From Octopus vulgaris (lineage: Eukaryota), in assembly GCA_951406725.2 (NCBI GenBank), contig OX597820.1, positions 62,806,001 through 62,870,000 of the forward strand: a stretch of 64,000 nt of DNA, in the 5' to 3' direction. The notes under the pieces were generated by a model, which searched no databases, was not told the DNA's origin, and saw nothing but the letters and a program-made list of their open reading frames with translations. The translations under genes were made by a program, and so were the position numbers. Positions 13,270 through 26,325 of this stretch are shown here, piece by piece; position 1 is the first letter of the stretch, and each line of letters starts with the position of its first letter.

Positions 13270-13477
13270 TTTATTCCTTTACTTGTTTCAGTCATGCGGC
13301 CATGGTGGAGCACCGCCTTTACTCGAACAAATCGACCCCAGGACTTAGCCTTTGTAAACCTAGTACTTATTGTATGGGTCTCTCTATTGCCGAACCGCTA
13401 AATTTCGGGGACGTAAACACACCAACATCGGTTGTCAAGCGATGGTGGGGAGACAAACGCAGACACACAAACATATA

Positions 13478-13548
<71 letters not shown>

Positions 13549-13727
13549 GACGGGCTTCTTTCAGTTTCCCTCAACCAAATCCACTGACAAGGCTTTGGTC
13601 GGCTCGAGGCTATAGTAGAAGACACTTGCCCAAGTTATCATGCAGTGAGACTGAACCTAGAACCTTGTGGGACCCCGGAAGCATGGTTGGGAAATAAGCT
13701 TCTTACCACATGGCCGTGTCTGCACCT
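13270..13727 (-). mobile_element. tRNA-derived SINE family A with internal (CA)n
   Basis: Colinear with copies at 27735, 37367, 61745 and 63327: GGGCAAGTGTCTTCTACTATAGCCTCG core, GAAGCCCGTC, microsatellite, then GGCGGTGCTCCA.CATGGCC tail. Confidence 0.88.
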
Positions 13728-13744
13728 ATAGATAAAATTATTAA

Positions 13745-13958
13745 TGGTTTAAAAGTTTGGCACAGGGCCAACAGATTTCGAGGGAAGGGGAAGTTGATTA
13801 CATTGCCCCTAATACATGATTGTTATTTGTTTTATCAACGTCGAAAGGGTGAAAAGCAAAGTCAACCTTGGTGGAGTTGGTACTTAGAATATAAAGACAG
13901 ACAGAATGCTGCCAAATATTTTGTTTGGTTTGCAAACAATTTTACCAGCTCAGCACTT
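13745..13958 (-). mobile_element. Degenerate SINE family B (Nin/Deu-domain type)
   Basis: Degenerate reverse complement of the 49493-49713 copy (GAAAGGGTGAAAAGCAAAGTCAACCTTGGTGGA...TTTACCAGCTC). Confidence 0.6.
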
Positions 13959-14704
13959 TAGAAAAATCTATTAAGGCCATTTGAACCTAAAAATCTATTA
14001 ATGTCATCTGAACCTAAAAAATAGTAATTGAATATGTTTAAAGATGTGGATTTGAACCTCATGGCAGTCTTTGACTTTTTCTATCCAAAGCATGTGGTTG
14101 ATTAGCAAGCTACTTATCATACAGCCACACACACACACATACATACATATATATATATATATATAAACTTAGATAAACTTAGTTATGCTTCGAACAAAGA
14201 TTGGTCCAGGCTATATAAATATATAAATTTTCGTATTTTGAACCTCGTAATGTGGAATTGAACTTTTTAACCAGACGTCCAAGCTTCGGGAAGTCTGATA
14301 TGTTTATCAATATACTAGCATCAGCTAATAATAGTAAACGATTCAACGGAGTGAATGTCAATTTTTATCCTTCAGGCGAATTTCATTAATCTTAGAAACG
14401 ACATCACGAATCTATTTTGTCAAACTGAACTGGAATGTATTTCGAAAGAACGAAACATATTTGTTGCAATTCTATTATCAATAGTGATTTCCTGTCTATA
14501 CTCTGGGTTCGACGCTTTAGAGGCTTCTTAGCCATTAAGCTATTCATTAATGACAGTAGATATGAGAAAATCTGTACAACAGGAGACGAGAGATTTTGTA
14601 ACATTTTTATACATCGTTCACGTACCGAAATTCATGGCGACAACATAAATTTTCGGTGAAGAGCTGATGTCTAGTAGTCTTTCAACGAAATAATAATATT
14701 AAGA

Positions 14705-14895
14705 CTTTCTACTATAAGCACAATCCCTTAAATTACATCCACTCCAGTGTTTCGCTGATACTTAATTTATTGATCCGGAAAGGATGAAACGTATAGTAGA
14801 CCTCGGCGGAATTTGAACAAAGAACGTAAGGGGCAGACGAAATAACGCTAAGTATTACGCTCAGCGTGCTAACGATTCAGTCAGTTCGCCGCCGA
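14705..14895 (-). mobile_element. SINE family B (Nin/Deu-domain type)
   Basis: GAAAGGATGAAACG..AGTAGACCTCGGCGGAATTTGAAC...GTGCTAACGATTC...TCGCCGCC is the reverse complement of the family B head and core. Confidence 0.8.
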
Positions 14896-14914
14896 ATAAT
14901 AATAATAATAAGGA

Positions 14915-15440
14915 TGATTTCTTTTATTGACCGCATGAGGCCAAGACATGGAGGGCAATATCGAAGGAGTTACAGCACAAAAAATATACACAACAAAACA
15001 AATATAAAGAAACAAGTAGTGTGAATATCAATGAAGAGGAGACACTCCAAAATTAAAGAATACAACAAAGGATATATAATTGAAAGCAGAGAAATAAATA
15101 ATAAACAAAAAATAAATAAATAGTATCCCCAATGTTCACAACGGACTGAGCTGGGAAACATTTCGCCACTATGCGACAGCAAGTGTTAGACTTAATAAAT
15201 TCTAGTAGTCAACAAACCTTGAGCAGAACAAATTCGTCGCTCGGCAGAAGTCTCGGACAGGCGCTACTGAGTGATCATCCATTATTGTAGCGTTTATCCC
15301 GACTCAACAATGCTCGCCCCAACTTCGGTAGCAAATTCTGGTTAGGGATTTCTCGAAATTAGCCGGAACAGGTTACCGTATATCATCGTGGCTTACCGTA
15401 TATCACAAAACGTCATCGTTTTTTGCTCCCCACGGTTCCC
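14915..15440 (-). pseudogene. Highly decayed L1/Tx1-like LINE C-terminal region and 3' end
   Basis: Minus-strand fragments read KSL..CYR..AL..RDK.Y..G...ACPR...DE.VL, resembling the L1-clade CCHC knuckle region. Terminal CCTCATGCGGTCAATAAAAGAA resembles the 4250 tail. Confidence 0.4.
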
Positions 15441-15525
15441 CCTGCAAAAATCGGGGTGGAATTTCAATGATCGTGCTGTCCTATTGGAAGAAAGCTGTAA
15501 TTCTGTGGCTGCAGTCTGAATGTGT

Positions 15526-15861
15526 GAAGGCGCATGGCTCAGTGGTTAGAGCGTCAAGCTTACGATTGTGAGGTTGTCAGCTCGAATCCCGTACCGGGCT
15601 GCGTGTTGTGTTCTTGAGCAAGACACTTTACTTCACGTTGCTCCAGTTAACTCAGCTGTAGAAATGAGTCGCGACGTCACAGGTGCCAAGCTGTATCGGT
15701 CTTTGCCTTTCCCTTGGATAACACTGGTGGCGTGGAGAGGGGAGACCGGTATGCATGGGCGACTGCTGGTCTTCCATAAACCACCTTGCCCAGACTTGTG
15801 ACTAGGAGGGTAACTTTCTAGGTGCAATCCCATGGTCAGTGTCGTGACCGGAGGGGGTCCC
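15526..15861 (+). mobile_element. tRNA-derived SINE family C
   Basis: A box TGGCTCAGTGG, B-box-like GCTCGAATCCC, then TGTGTTCTTGAGCAAGACACTTTACTTCACGTTGCTCCAGT, a CORE/V/Meta-SINE-like central domain. Confidence 0.85.
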
Positions 15862-17152
15862 GAATCCCGAAGTCTGAATGTCATTCATCAAAGTCTGCAT
15901 CTCTGATAAAGAGACGAACCTTGGAAATGCGAGCCTGACAAACAGCAAGCACACCTGTAAATCGTTAAGGAAACACTAGAGATACTGGAGCCTCATTCTA
16001 TGTCCCCGCATCGCCATCTACGACATACTCAGTCCTCAACTCAGTGGGTAACAAATTCATTGGCAAACAAATGGGCCTCCTGAGCCGTGGAAATTGTCTC
16101 TTTCATCTAAGAACTGGGGAGAAATGTTACGTGGTAATATATGACAGAGGCAATGTAAACCTTTACCACCGCCACAGACCTTTCAAGGATAGCTTTCTCT
16201 CTGTCCGTTTATCTGTAAAATTATTCACTCTGCTCACTATATCGCTTAAATTCTCCAAAAATTGAGATCTGGACGAAATCAAACATCGAGCATCTAGCCA
16301 GTCCGTCCGTCGAGTGTACTACTACCCTGCTGGAAGGCATGGATTTGCTTCTCCAGGTGTCAAACTGCAGGCACAAGGACATTCCTTGGTTGATAGTCTT
16401 TTTGTTACACAATGTGCCGCTTTAGAATAGTGCCAGCCAATAGAATATCCCTAGTGATCTACATTATGCTGATGACCTCATCTGCATATGGTATGCCCAC
16501 ACTGTAATTCAGCCTCCTAGATGATGCTATGCCTCTCAAAGTCTTCGGTTTTTGCAGAAATATTTAAGAGTCAAAACATAAAGTAAAGTAGTAAAATATA
16601 AGTAAAATAAACTACTAAAAGTAGTTAAATAAAAGCAGTAAAACCATAAAGAAAACTTGTAAAATATAGAAAAATATAAGGCCGGCTCTCCCCCTTTCTT
16701 ATCTCCTTTCCTTTTCAATTGTCATTTGGTTTTATGGTACCTTGCTGGTCTTTCCCGCTCAGGCTGTCAATTTAGTGCCACCATACAGTGGCTTTCTCTG
16801 ATCACAAGCAAGAGTAATATTACTTAAGTTTACCGAGAAATGGTCCCTTTTCATGCCGAATTCTACTTGGTGAAATTATTGATTACTAGTTAATTAATTA
16901 ATTTTACCCTTTGTTACTATTGATAATATAATTTTCTTCCGTATAATAAACTACATATTTTTCTGTAGTATCTTTACTTGACGACAAACGCAGGGGAAGG
17001 TGATGAACCTCATTCGTATGTTTTTAGATTCGGTGGTGCTGGACGTTGAATGTAATCTGTCTCATTCTGTTAGTTGGAGAGGTACATTCGATTCTTCCAG
17101 TGCCTCCGGATTTAATATTTAATATTATATCTATAATATTATATTGTGAAGT

Positions 17153-17236
17153 CCCATGCTGATGAGGAAAGTGTTGTTGGTAAAGTATAAATTCTACATT
17201 CTTTATACCGAACTAATTCTGAAACGCGTACATGGG
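17153..17236 (+). ncRNA. Type I hammerhead ribozyme, palindromic helix III, extended helix II
   Basis: CCCAUG CUGAUGA GGAA...(47 nt, partly paired)...UUCU GAA ACGCGU A/ CAUGGG. Perfect 6-bp helix I, canonical core, self-complementary ACGCGU helix III and a GUA site; predicted cleavage after 17230. Confidence 0.85.
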
Positions 17237-17417
17237 TAATCAAATATCGATTGGTTTTCGTTATTATTCATCTCTGCCTAGGTGGATTGTTTTCGAGTAC
17301 TTTGTTTTTGTCCGGGAATCTCTCTTTAAAGTAGAGGAAATAGCTCAGGATCTCTGGCTGCTATTTCTAAACTTCGGTATGTGGTAAAGCAGATCTTTGC
17401 TGAACCCTAATTATAAT

Positions 17418-17478
<61 letters not shown>

Positions 17479-17549
17479 CCGGAGTAAACACATAAATGTG
17501 AAACAAGGTGGAAAAAAGAGTACTCAAATACCAGTGGTAGAGTAATATG

Positions 17550-17679
17550 CTTTATTTTAAGCAGCAGAAAATTCAACAAAATCTGTTACTCTGAGTTTCT
17601 CGTTGCCGTTCATCGGATGAACGGCAACGAGAAACTCAGAGTAACAGATTTTGTTGAATTTTCTGCTGCTTAAAATAAA

Positions 17680-17680
<1 letters not shown>
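17550..17680. repeat. Perfect palindrome, 65-bp arms, 1-nt spacer, carrying a 5'-truncated hammerhead on each strand
   Basis: 17550-17614 is the exact reverse complement of 17616-17680. Each strand reads C(C/G)GAUGA ACG GCAA CGA GAA ACUC A GAGU A ACAG from the axis. Confidence 0.93.
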
Positions 17681-17763
<83 letters not shown>

Positions 17764-19116
17764 GTGTGTGTGTGTGAGTGTATACCTCCCTATTTATCTG
17801 CTTTTTTATCCTTCTCATTATCTTTCTACACGTTTCTCTTTTAAATTTCATACTAGATTCATTCTTCGTTGGTAGCGAATATTTCCCGTTCGCAAGTTGG
17901 ATTGGGCCTGCACAAGGAACCATTATATTTCCGTTGCTACCGGAGTAGGCAGGCATGAACGTTGCTTGGTGTTAGTTTGCACCATTTAGTCTCGTTTCTG
18001 TTTTGGGCTTTATGTTTTTCTATCCAAGCAAGAATTACCGAATCTCGTTCGCTACTTCGAATATCATACACTGGATTGTATTTCTTTCGATGCTCTTCCG
18101 AAATTAGATACTTTACATATATACATACATACATACATACATACATACATACATACATACATACACACACACATATATGTATGTATGTATGTATATATAC
18201 ATATATACATATGTGTGTGTGAGTGTGTTCGCGCATGCGTGGCGTGTATGTGTGCGTGTGTGTGTGTGTATATATATATATATGTGTATATATATATATT
18301 CACACACACATACACACACTTACGTATATATATCTATACATAAATGAATGTGCATAGGTATACGCATATATGCACAAATACCTAGAAATACACACTCACC
18401 GCACCCCCCCCACACACATAAATCGTACATACACACAAAGATATATATATATATATATCTTCGTGTGTGTGCGTGTGTGTATGCCTGCGTGTGTGAGTGT
18501 GTGTATGCCTTTGTGTGAGCTTGTCTGTCTGTGTATAAGCATGAAATATAACTAAAAGTAAAACGAAAAAGTTTCCGTTGGCGTATTAACATATATATTC
18601 AGCCATTGACAGCGAGATTAAAGAACACCCAAGTCAATTAACAATTGTATTAAAGGAAATATTGTAACCATAATTAAATGAAGCCTCTTCCGTCGCTACG
18701 ATTCCTCATTGGTTTTAGAAGCAACTCTTGAATAGCTTCTTTTCTTTTTATTTTTAACATCTACCCTTGCATACACAGCTGAATAAATCTCACTTATCAT
18801 ACCGCAAAAGGTTTTTTTTCGATTGATTCGCTCCTGGAAACTGAAGGAGGTGCGCATGATGTCTTGATCTTGTTACTTATCATTATAATGCCTTTGTCAT
18901 TGCAACACCACTTCTTAGCAAATCATCTTTTTATAGTAGATGTGAGCCGCGCACTTTTTCGTATTTGGTGCTCAATCGATTTCTATTAAAAGGAATAGAC
19001 TTGATAATCGTTTCTTTTCTAAGTATTTCTGCCATGCTTCTCTGCTTTTCCACTGTGTTTTCTATCTTCAAGCTTATTTGATTTCAGGTGTGTGTATTGT
19101 GCGTCTTTCTTTCTTT

Positions 19117-19242
<126 letters not shown>

Positions 19243-19375
19243 TTTATATATATATATACCTGTGCGCGCGGGTATGCGTGCGGTTGGCAGTGTATAGAAG
19301 CACATATGCACGTCTGTATGTGAGTAAGTTCCTGTGTATGTATCTACACGTGTATATGTATATAGATTTATATAC

Positions 19376-19420
<45 letters not shown>

Positions 19421-19734
19421 TATATAAATATATATATTTATGTGTGTGTGTATATATAAATACGCACACAAATACAGAGGCACACATTTATGCATGCAAA
19501 CCGCATACACACACATATGTATATATGTATCTGTGTGTGTGTATTTGCATGTGTTTTATATATATATATTTACTTACATGTATGTATATGTATGTATATT
19601 TATACATGGCTATCTTTGTATATTACATAATCTCTCTCTATATACATGCATTATTCATATAAGCTGAGAGAGACACACATTTTGCATCACCCTACCATAC
19701 ATGCTTTTCTATACGTGTGTGGCCATGAACGTTG

Positions 19735-19847
19735 TATATATACATATACATATACATATATATATATATATTTCTACATATATACATATACATATATATA
19801 TACATATACATATACATACATATATATATATACATATATATACATAC

Positions 19848-19878
<31 letters not shown>

Positions 19879-20012
19879 CATATATATATATACATACATA
19901 TATATATATACATACATATATATATATACATATATATATATACATACATATATATATACATATATATATATACATACATATATACATATATATATACATA
20001 CATACATATATG

Positions 20013-20056
<44 letters not shown>

Positions 20057-20074
20057 CATATATACATACATATA

Positions 20075-20106
<32 letters not shown>

Positions 20107-20119
20107 CGTATATACATAC

Positions 20120-20152
<33 letters not shown>

Positions 20153-20261
20153 CAAACATATATATATATATATACATATATATATATGTACATATATATA
20201 TATATATACATACACACATATATATATATATATGTATACGTGTGTGTACATATATATGTAC

Positions 20262-20325
<64 letters not shown>

Positions 20326-20345
20326 CTGTGTGTGTGTGTGTGTGT
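19735..20345. repeat. (TA)n/(TACA)n compound microsatellite
   Basis: Direct reading. Confidence 0.97.
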
Positions 20346-21019
20346 GTTTCTGTGTATATATATAAATCTTATCGAATATAATGTAGTGTTCATGGTGCAG
20401 AAGTTATGGAAAGTCAAAATCTGAGAAACACTTTTATAATATTTGCTTCGGTTCCTTAAGTTTTTATGAGATAGATCAGAAAACACAGAAAACACAGAAA
20501 ACAACCGGAGTCAAAGTTTTTCTAGATAGAAATCTGAATTCTGAAACGGAGAGAGGAATACGTATCAATATATCACATGCGTATGTCATCAGCCTTTGCT
20601 TTTTCTTTAATAAAAGTAATTTTCTATATTAAATTCACTTGCGTTCTCCAGAGAATTCCAAGAACGGAATCACTGCTTCACAGTTGCACACACATAGAAA
20701 AGATTTTAAGATACATATGACGGGCGCAGGATGTACTCCCCAGAGAGTGCACTTAAGCAGTGCATGGAAATTATATATTCTATATGCTTTGTATCTTCTA
20801 TGTATATGGTTCGATATCAAATGCACATGTGACACTCATGTTATAACATATCGATCACTCTTTTCCTTTCTCTCTCTCTATAATTTCTCTCTCTCTCTCT
20901 CTCTCTCTCTGTATGCACGTCTACGGCTGTGTTAGTGTATATGTGTATGTGGCTGTGTGTGACTAATTACCTCCCTTCTTAGTCCTTGTTTATCTGTATG
21001 AGTCTCTGTTTCCAATTCA

Positions 21020-21235
21020 TTCTCTCTCCCTCTTTCACTCTTTCTGTCTGTCTGTTTCTCTCTCTCCTTTTCACTCTTTCTCTCTGTTTGTTTCTCTCTC
21101 TCCCTTCCACTCTTTCTGTCTGTCTGTTTCCCTCTCTCCCTTTCACTCTTTCTATCTGTCTGTTTCTCTCTCTCTCCCTTTCACTCTTTCTGTCTGTCTG
21201 TTTCTCTCTCCCTTTCACTCTTTCTGTCTCTCTGT
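21020..21235. repeat. Pyrimidine-rich minisatellite, ~36-40 bp unit x6
   Basis: Repeated CTCTCCCTTTCACTCTTTCTGTCTGTCTGTTTCT. Confidence 0.85.
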
Positions 21236-21677
21236 ACCTCTCTCACTACCTGACATATTGTTTTCCATTTATAATCTTACCTTAAATCTGTAAATCATTC
21301 TCTGTAGCTTATTCTTTTTTCTCGGCTTCTATATCTTTCTCTTTCTCCACGCTCAATATGATTCTTCCCCCAAGTCTATCCTAGCGTAATTTTCTCTCGC
21401 CTTTAAGAAACTTCATTTCTTTCTAATTATCTTTCTCAATCACAATCTCTCTATTTCTCTCTAAATCCCAGTCATTATAACCCTTTTTCTCGCCACCATT
21501 TTAACTTTTCCCCCGTAAATCATGTGTTTTATGTCCCTCCCTCAATCATTTTTAATTTCCTTTCGCCAATACCTATTTGTCTACCAATTTCTCCTCTTCT
21601 TACCATTTCTTTTAAGTTCTGTACATTATTCAATTCCAATGCAGTTTTTTTTGTTTCACTTAATATATTTCTATCCT

Positions 21678-21880
21678 AAAGCAGCAAGCTGGCAGAATCG
21701 TTAACATTCTGCTTAACGGCATTTAGTCCCTCCCAACTTTGTGAGTTCAAATTACACCTTGTTCGACTTTACCCTTCGTGGTCGGTCAATAAAATATGTA
21801 CCATTTGTGCGCAGGGATCACTAATCGGTTTAACGCCACCCCTGAAAATTGCTGTCAATGTTCTAAAATTTGAAACCAAT
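21678..21880 (+). mobile_element. Degenerate SINE family B
   Basis: AAGCAGCAAGCTGGCAGAATCGTTAAC...GAGTTCAAATT...TCGACTTT...AAAATTTGAAACC. Confidence 0.65.
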
Positions 21881-22436
21881 ATATTACTGCCCGAATACTT
21901 TTGGCACTGAATTTTCGTTTAATTTTCCTTTTCATACAGACTTAGTAATAATCGAAATATCGTTCTGGCGTGTAATAACCTCAGTATCATACGTGTGTGT
22001 CATATTTGAAATCAACACTCGATTTACATTCGTACCTGCTAAATCCAATTATTTTATCTATTTTAACATCTGGTAGCAATGGTTAGATTATCCTTAGCTG
22101 ACGACAAAACCGCGAAGACGTTCATTCAAGAAATATAGTGTATGATATAAATAAATATGTTTTTTAAATTCACTAAATCGTAAACAAATGGAGATAAATA
22201 TGACAAATAATTCCAGTATGCAAAATACATTCATTTTAAGGTATATATGGCTCCAGTGATGTTTAATCCATCTATCCATACATACATAAATAAAATCTTA
22301 CCTGCATGCTTACATACATACATACACACATACCCACATACATACATACATACATATATACATACATACATACATACATACATACATACATACATACATA
22401 CATACATACATACATACATACATACACACACATACA

Positions 22437-22830
22437 TGAGACAGAGGGGCAAAGTTATATACCATCATAGAGGTCAGCTGCCCTGAAGATATAAATCTCT
22501 CTTTAGAAATCAAAGCAAAAGAGGATATCTAAAGGCAACTGCTTCGAAACCTACAGCTTCTATATCCAGACTATGAATCCATATTCATAACAATAATAAT
22601 TGGAGTACTAGGTTTTGTTAGTAGATGCTTAAAGGAGAATCTGGATGGACTGGGATTTTCAGCAAGAGAAATCGACCGGCTAATTCGTACAAATGCAATC
22701 TGTGAGTGGAACAGTAACAATATGCAAGAATTTCCTCAAGTCTGTGTTAAATAAACCCCAAAGCTGGACCCTTGTATCTTTGTTGGAAACCGGCTCCCTC
22801 CTCAGAGGAAGATTGATAATTATTAAAAAA
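22437..22830 (+). mobile_element. 3' end of an RLE-type non-LTR retrotransposon (R2 group, R4/Dong-like), copy 1
   Basis: Reads DRGAKLYTIIEVSCPEDINLSLEIKAKEDI*RQLLRNLQLLYPDY..IIIGVLG...LDGLGF...SGTVTICKNFLK. This is the C-terminal half of a restriction-like endonuclease (D...E..CP.D.N...K..Y...IGALG). Confidence 0.75.
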
Positions 22831-22844
22831 AGTAGAAGAGACAT

Positions 22845-23350
22845 ACAAGAAAAATCAGCTGGTCAGCAGATGTTAATATAAAGCTGAAGATCAATGAATA
22901 AGAGAATACCTACGCTGATCTATTGAGAAATCTGCAGTTACTCTATCCAGATTACATGTTCAGATTCATATCTGTAATTATTGGGGCCCTGGGATATGTA
23001 ACACACCGCTTAAATACCAATCTTGAGAAATTAGGCTTCTCAAAACCAAAAAAGGAGAAAGATAATTCGAAGACTACATACCCAATCCATCAATGGAACT
23101 GTAAACTCTGTAAAAATTTCTAGAAGTTTATCATTTAAATTTATATGAGCAGGTCTAGATATGCAACTACATGCACGAGAATACATACATCAAGCAAAAC
23201 ATACAAATCTACACATATACATACATACATACATACATACATACATAAACATACATACGGTGTTGTTGGTGTTGAAATTCCAATGAAGTAGGCCTGGATC
23301 TAGGTTAGAAATCGACTCTATAGGCAAGAAATCTTGAAATAATACTGAAC
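22845..23350 (+). mobile_element. 3' end of an RLE-type non-LTR retrotransposon, copy 2 (diverged subfamily)
   Basis: Reads ADVNIKLKINE*ENTYADLLRNLQLLYPDYMFRFISVIIGALGYV..LEKLGF...GTV..CKNF. Paralogous to copy 1; 3' UTR contains (CATA)n. Confidence 0.75.
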
Positions 23351-23514
23351 AATGATATACATACATACAAACATATATACACACACATACAGGCAGACAT
23401 ATATATGTGCGTTTGTGTGTGTGTGTGTTTATGTGTGTGTATGTGTGCGGGTTTGTGTGTGTATGTGTGTGAGTGTGTTTACATGTGTGTATGTGTTTGT
23501 GCGTGTGTGTGTGT

Positions 23515-23781
23515 GAATGCGCGTGGCCCACTTGCTAGGGTGTCGCATTAACGATCGTTTCGATTCCCGAGTTGATAAAACGCTTCCATTACACGTTGCT
23601 TCAGTCCACTCACCTGTATATGAGTCACTCGGCGACGAACTAACTTTCCGATCAAGGGGGAATATTGGCCTACACGCTTAGCCAGCGGGGTGACATTATT
23701 CATAAACTAAAACGATTTAAATTGCATTATGGCGTGCCATGTATAAGTATAATAAAATCCAACAGCCTGGTCGATCACGTG
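23515..23781 (+). mobile_element. Degenerate tRNA-derived SINE family D
   Basis: GCGCGTGGCC...GTTTCGATTCCC (B box)...CACGTTGCTTCAGTCCACTCA...GATCACGTG end. Confidence 0.65.
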
Positions 23782-23865
23782 AGATATCTATCTATCTATC
23801 TGTCTGTTCTGATAATACATATACGCCTGCGTTTATGTATACATACATACACACAAACACACACA

Positions 23866-23919
<54 letters not shown>

Positions 23920-23938
23920 CGTACTTATGTGCATACAT

Positions 23939-24203
23939 CACGTGATTATTTCACTGATTAGGATATCGGCGGTCGTTACATATCGCTGGTCACAATGTTC
24001 TTTTGCACTGTTTTAGCTTTTAAATGACGCCACCCAGTTGGTGAGGCGAGCAGGCCAACAACTACCCCTGATCAACGGGGGACTGAAGCAACATGAAATG
24101 AAGCGTTTTGCTAAAAAAAAACACAACGCACCGCCTAGTCATGGAATTGAACTACCCATCTAGCGATCGTGAGTGAAACAGCCTGACCACTAGGCCACGC
24201 ACC
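23939..24203 (-). mobile_element. Degenerate tRNA-derived SINE family D, inverted relative to its neighbour
   Basis: Reverse complement reads GGTGCGTGGCCTAGTGG (A box)...GTTCAATTCC (B box)...TTGCTTCAGTCC...AATCACGTG. Confidence 0.7.
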
Positions 24204-24629
24204 ATCACGTGCATACATACATACACAAAAAGATACTAAGATTATAAGGTTCGGAAGTTGAGCTTATTTTTGTCTGAACAGCGGAATATGTCGATAAATA
24301 CTGTGAGGTTACCAAGCAATGACTTTTATCAACCCAAGATACAAAACGACTTGCTCTAAATATCTAGTTTCACCGACTTCCAGACCACCGTGCAGTTCTA
24401 GCTTATCACATTCCACTAATGCATTGCTTTCCATCGTTTAATCTGGTAATCCGTTAATCCGCCAATCTTTTTTTCCCGTCCACAAGTGTGTTCCGTTTAT
24501 CAACGCGGAATTTGTTTTGCTTAAATGGAATCCGATTCTTTGCCTTCTACTTTTCGCAAATTAGCATCTGCTTTGTAGCAGTTGGCACAAGTTATACCAT
24601 TCTATATCACCCTTCTAACCCCCACTTTC

Positions 24630-24653
24630 TTCTTTTTCTTCTTCTTCTTCTGT

Positions 24654-24689
<36 letters not shown>

Positions 24690-24970
24690 AACGACCACCA
24701 CCACCACCATCAATACCACCACTAATTGTAGCACTTGCTTCTTGTTCTTGTTCATGTTCTTCTTCTTCTTCTTCCTCCTCCTCCTCCTCCTCCTCCTACC
24801 CATTACCAGACTTTTCTTCTCATTTTCCTTCTTTTCCACCACCCTCTCCCCTCCTTTTCTCTTCCCTTCTCATCCTTTCCTTTTTCTAATTTTCCACCTC
24901 GCTATCATCATCATCGCCATCATTTTCTTTTCTCTTTTCGTCTTCCGACCCATCATTTCCTTCCATCTTT

Positions 24971-25003
<33 letters not shown>

Positions 25004-25011
25004 CAATAACC

Positions 25012-25043
<32 letters not shown>

Positions 25044-25400
25044 AACCACTAATCACTACTACTACTATTACTACTACTACTACAACATCATCTTCTACTC
25101 CTCCCATTTTCTTTCTCCCCATCACCAGTTTTTTCTTCTCATTTTCCTTCTTTCCACCACTTTCTCCTCGCCTCTTCCTCCTCCTCTCCTCATCATCTCA
25201 TTTTATAAATTTTCTACCTTGTTATTGTCATCATCACCATCATCATCATTTTCTTCTTCAACCTCTTTTTGCCTTCTTCTTCTTTTTCAGCCTCTTTTTG
25301 CCTTCTTCTTCTTCAGCCTTTTTTTGCCTTCTTCTTCTTCTTCAGCCTCTTTTTGCCTTCTTCTTCTTCTTCAGCCTCTTTTTGCCTTCTTCTTCTTCTG
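24630..25400. repeat. Trinucleotide low-complexity block with a ~27-30 bp minisatellite x5 at 25257-25400
   Basis: (CTA)n, (CAC)n, (CTT)n and (CCT)n; repeated TTCAGCCTCTTTTTGCCTTCTTCTTC; degenerate direct repeat 24806-24925 vs 25125-25250. Confidence 0.9.
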
Positions 25401-25775
25401 AAAAATGGAAAACTGTGTGTGTGTATGTGTGTGTGTATTATATATATAAAGAGTACATATATTACATGTATCTATATGCGCAGTAAATATGTATTTTGCT
25501 TGTCTATGTCGCATATACATACGTACGAACATATATGTACATACATATATACACACACAAACACACACATATATATATATATATTTGTATGTATGCATAT
25601 ATATATGTATGTATACATATATATGTATGTATGTACGTATATATATGAATGTATACATATGTATATGTCTTTATATATATATATTTATGTATAAATATAT
25701 ATATATGTATATATTTATTTATGTATATATATACAACCTGTATGTATGTATGTATTTTGTATATATAGATATATT

Positions 25776-25810
<35 letters not shown>

Positions 25811-26183
25811 GTATGTATATATATATATATATGTATGTATGTGTATATATATATACATATATATATATATGTTTGTGCCAGTTTAGTCCTCCTGTCGTTC
25901 ATTATGTAAACGGTTATATAATATGGTTAGCGATTTCTCTTATCGCATCATACATGACATTTAAATATGGTGGCAAAGCTGATTATATAATAATGTGTGA
26001 GACGACAATTTTCAATACAGTCGTTGATAACGTCAACAAATTTTGGAAAAAAAATTATGATGATGATGTTGATGAAGATGATGATGATGATGATAAAATA
26101 AACAATCATATTATTTTTCATTTATTCATTAATTAATCTTAGTGTTATTATCAGAAAGGCTACTACTACTATATATATATATA

Positions 26184-26325
26184 CGACGGGCTTCTTTCAG
26201 CTTCCTTCTACCAAATCCGCTCCCAAGGCTTTGGTCAGCCCGAGTCTATAGTAGAAGATACTTGCCCAAGGTGCCACGCAGGGGGACTGAACCCGGAACC
26301 ATGTGGTTCGTAAGTAAGCTACGCC
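26184..26325 (-). mobile_element. SINE family A, 5' half
   Basis: CGACGGGCTTCTTTCAG...TTGCCCAAGGTGCCACGCAGGGGGACTGAACCCGGAACCATGTGG. Confidence 0.85.

Noticed and set aside
14180-14660. Possible decayed Penelope RT on the minus strand (TPL..LLADA)
   Set aside because: Resemblance too weak without a profile search.
15526-15600. tRNA gene (also at 36085, 49493 and 61745)
   Set aside because: A and B boxes are present, but there is no full cloverleaf and each continues into a SINE body.
16170-16490. FQG*LS and HYADDL strings suggesting RT remnants
   Set aside because: Isolated short motifs without colinear support; cannot delimit an element.
25257-25400. Regular ~29-bp repeats as a possible CRISPR array
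   Set aside because: No unique spacers, eukaryotic context; it is a minisatellite. The same applies to 21020-21235.
24488-25694. Poly-L/S/T/F ORFs that look like membrane or mucin-like proteins
   Set aside because: Trinucleotide low-complexity DNA open in several frames; no domain or splice evidence.
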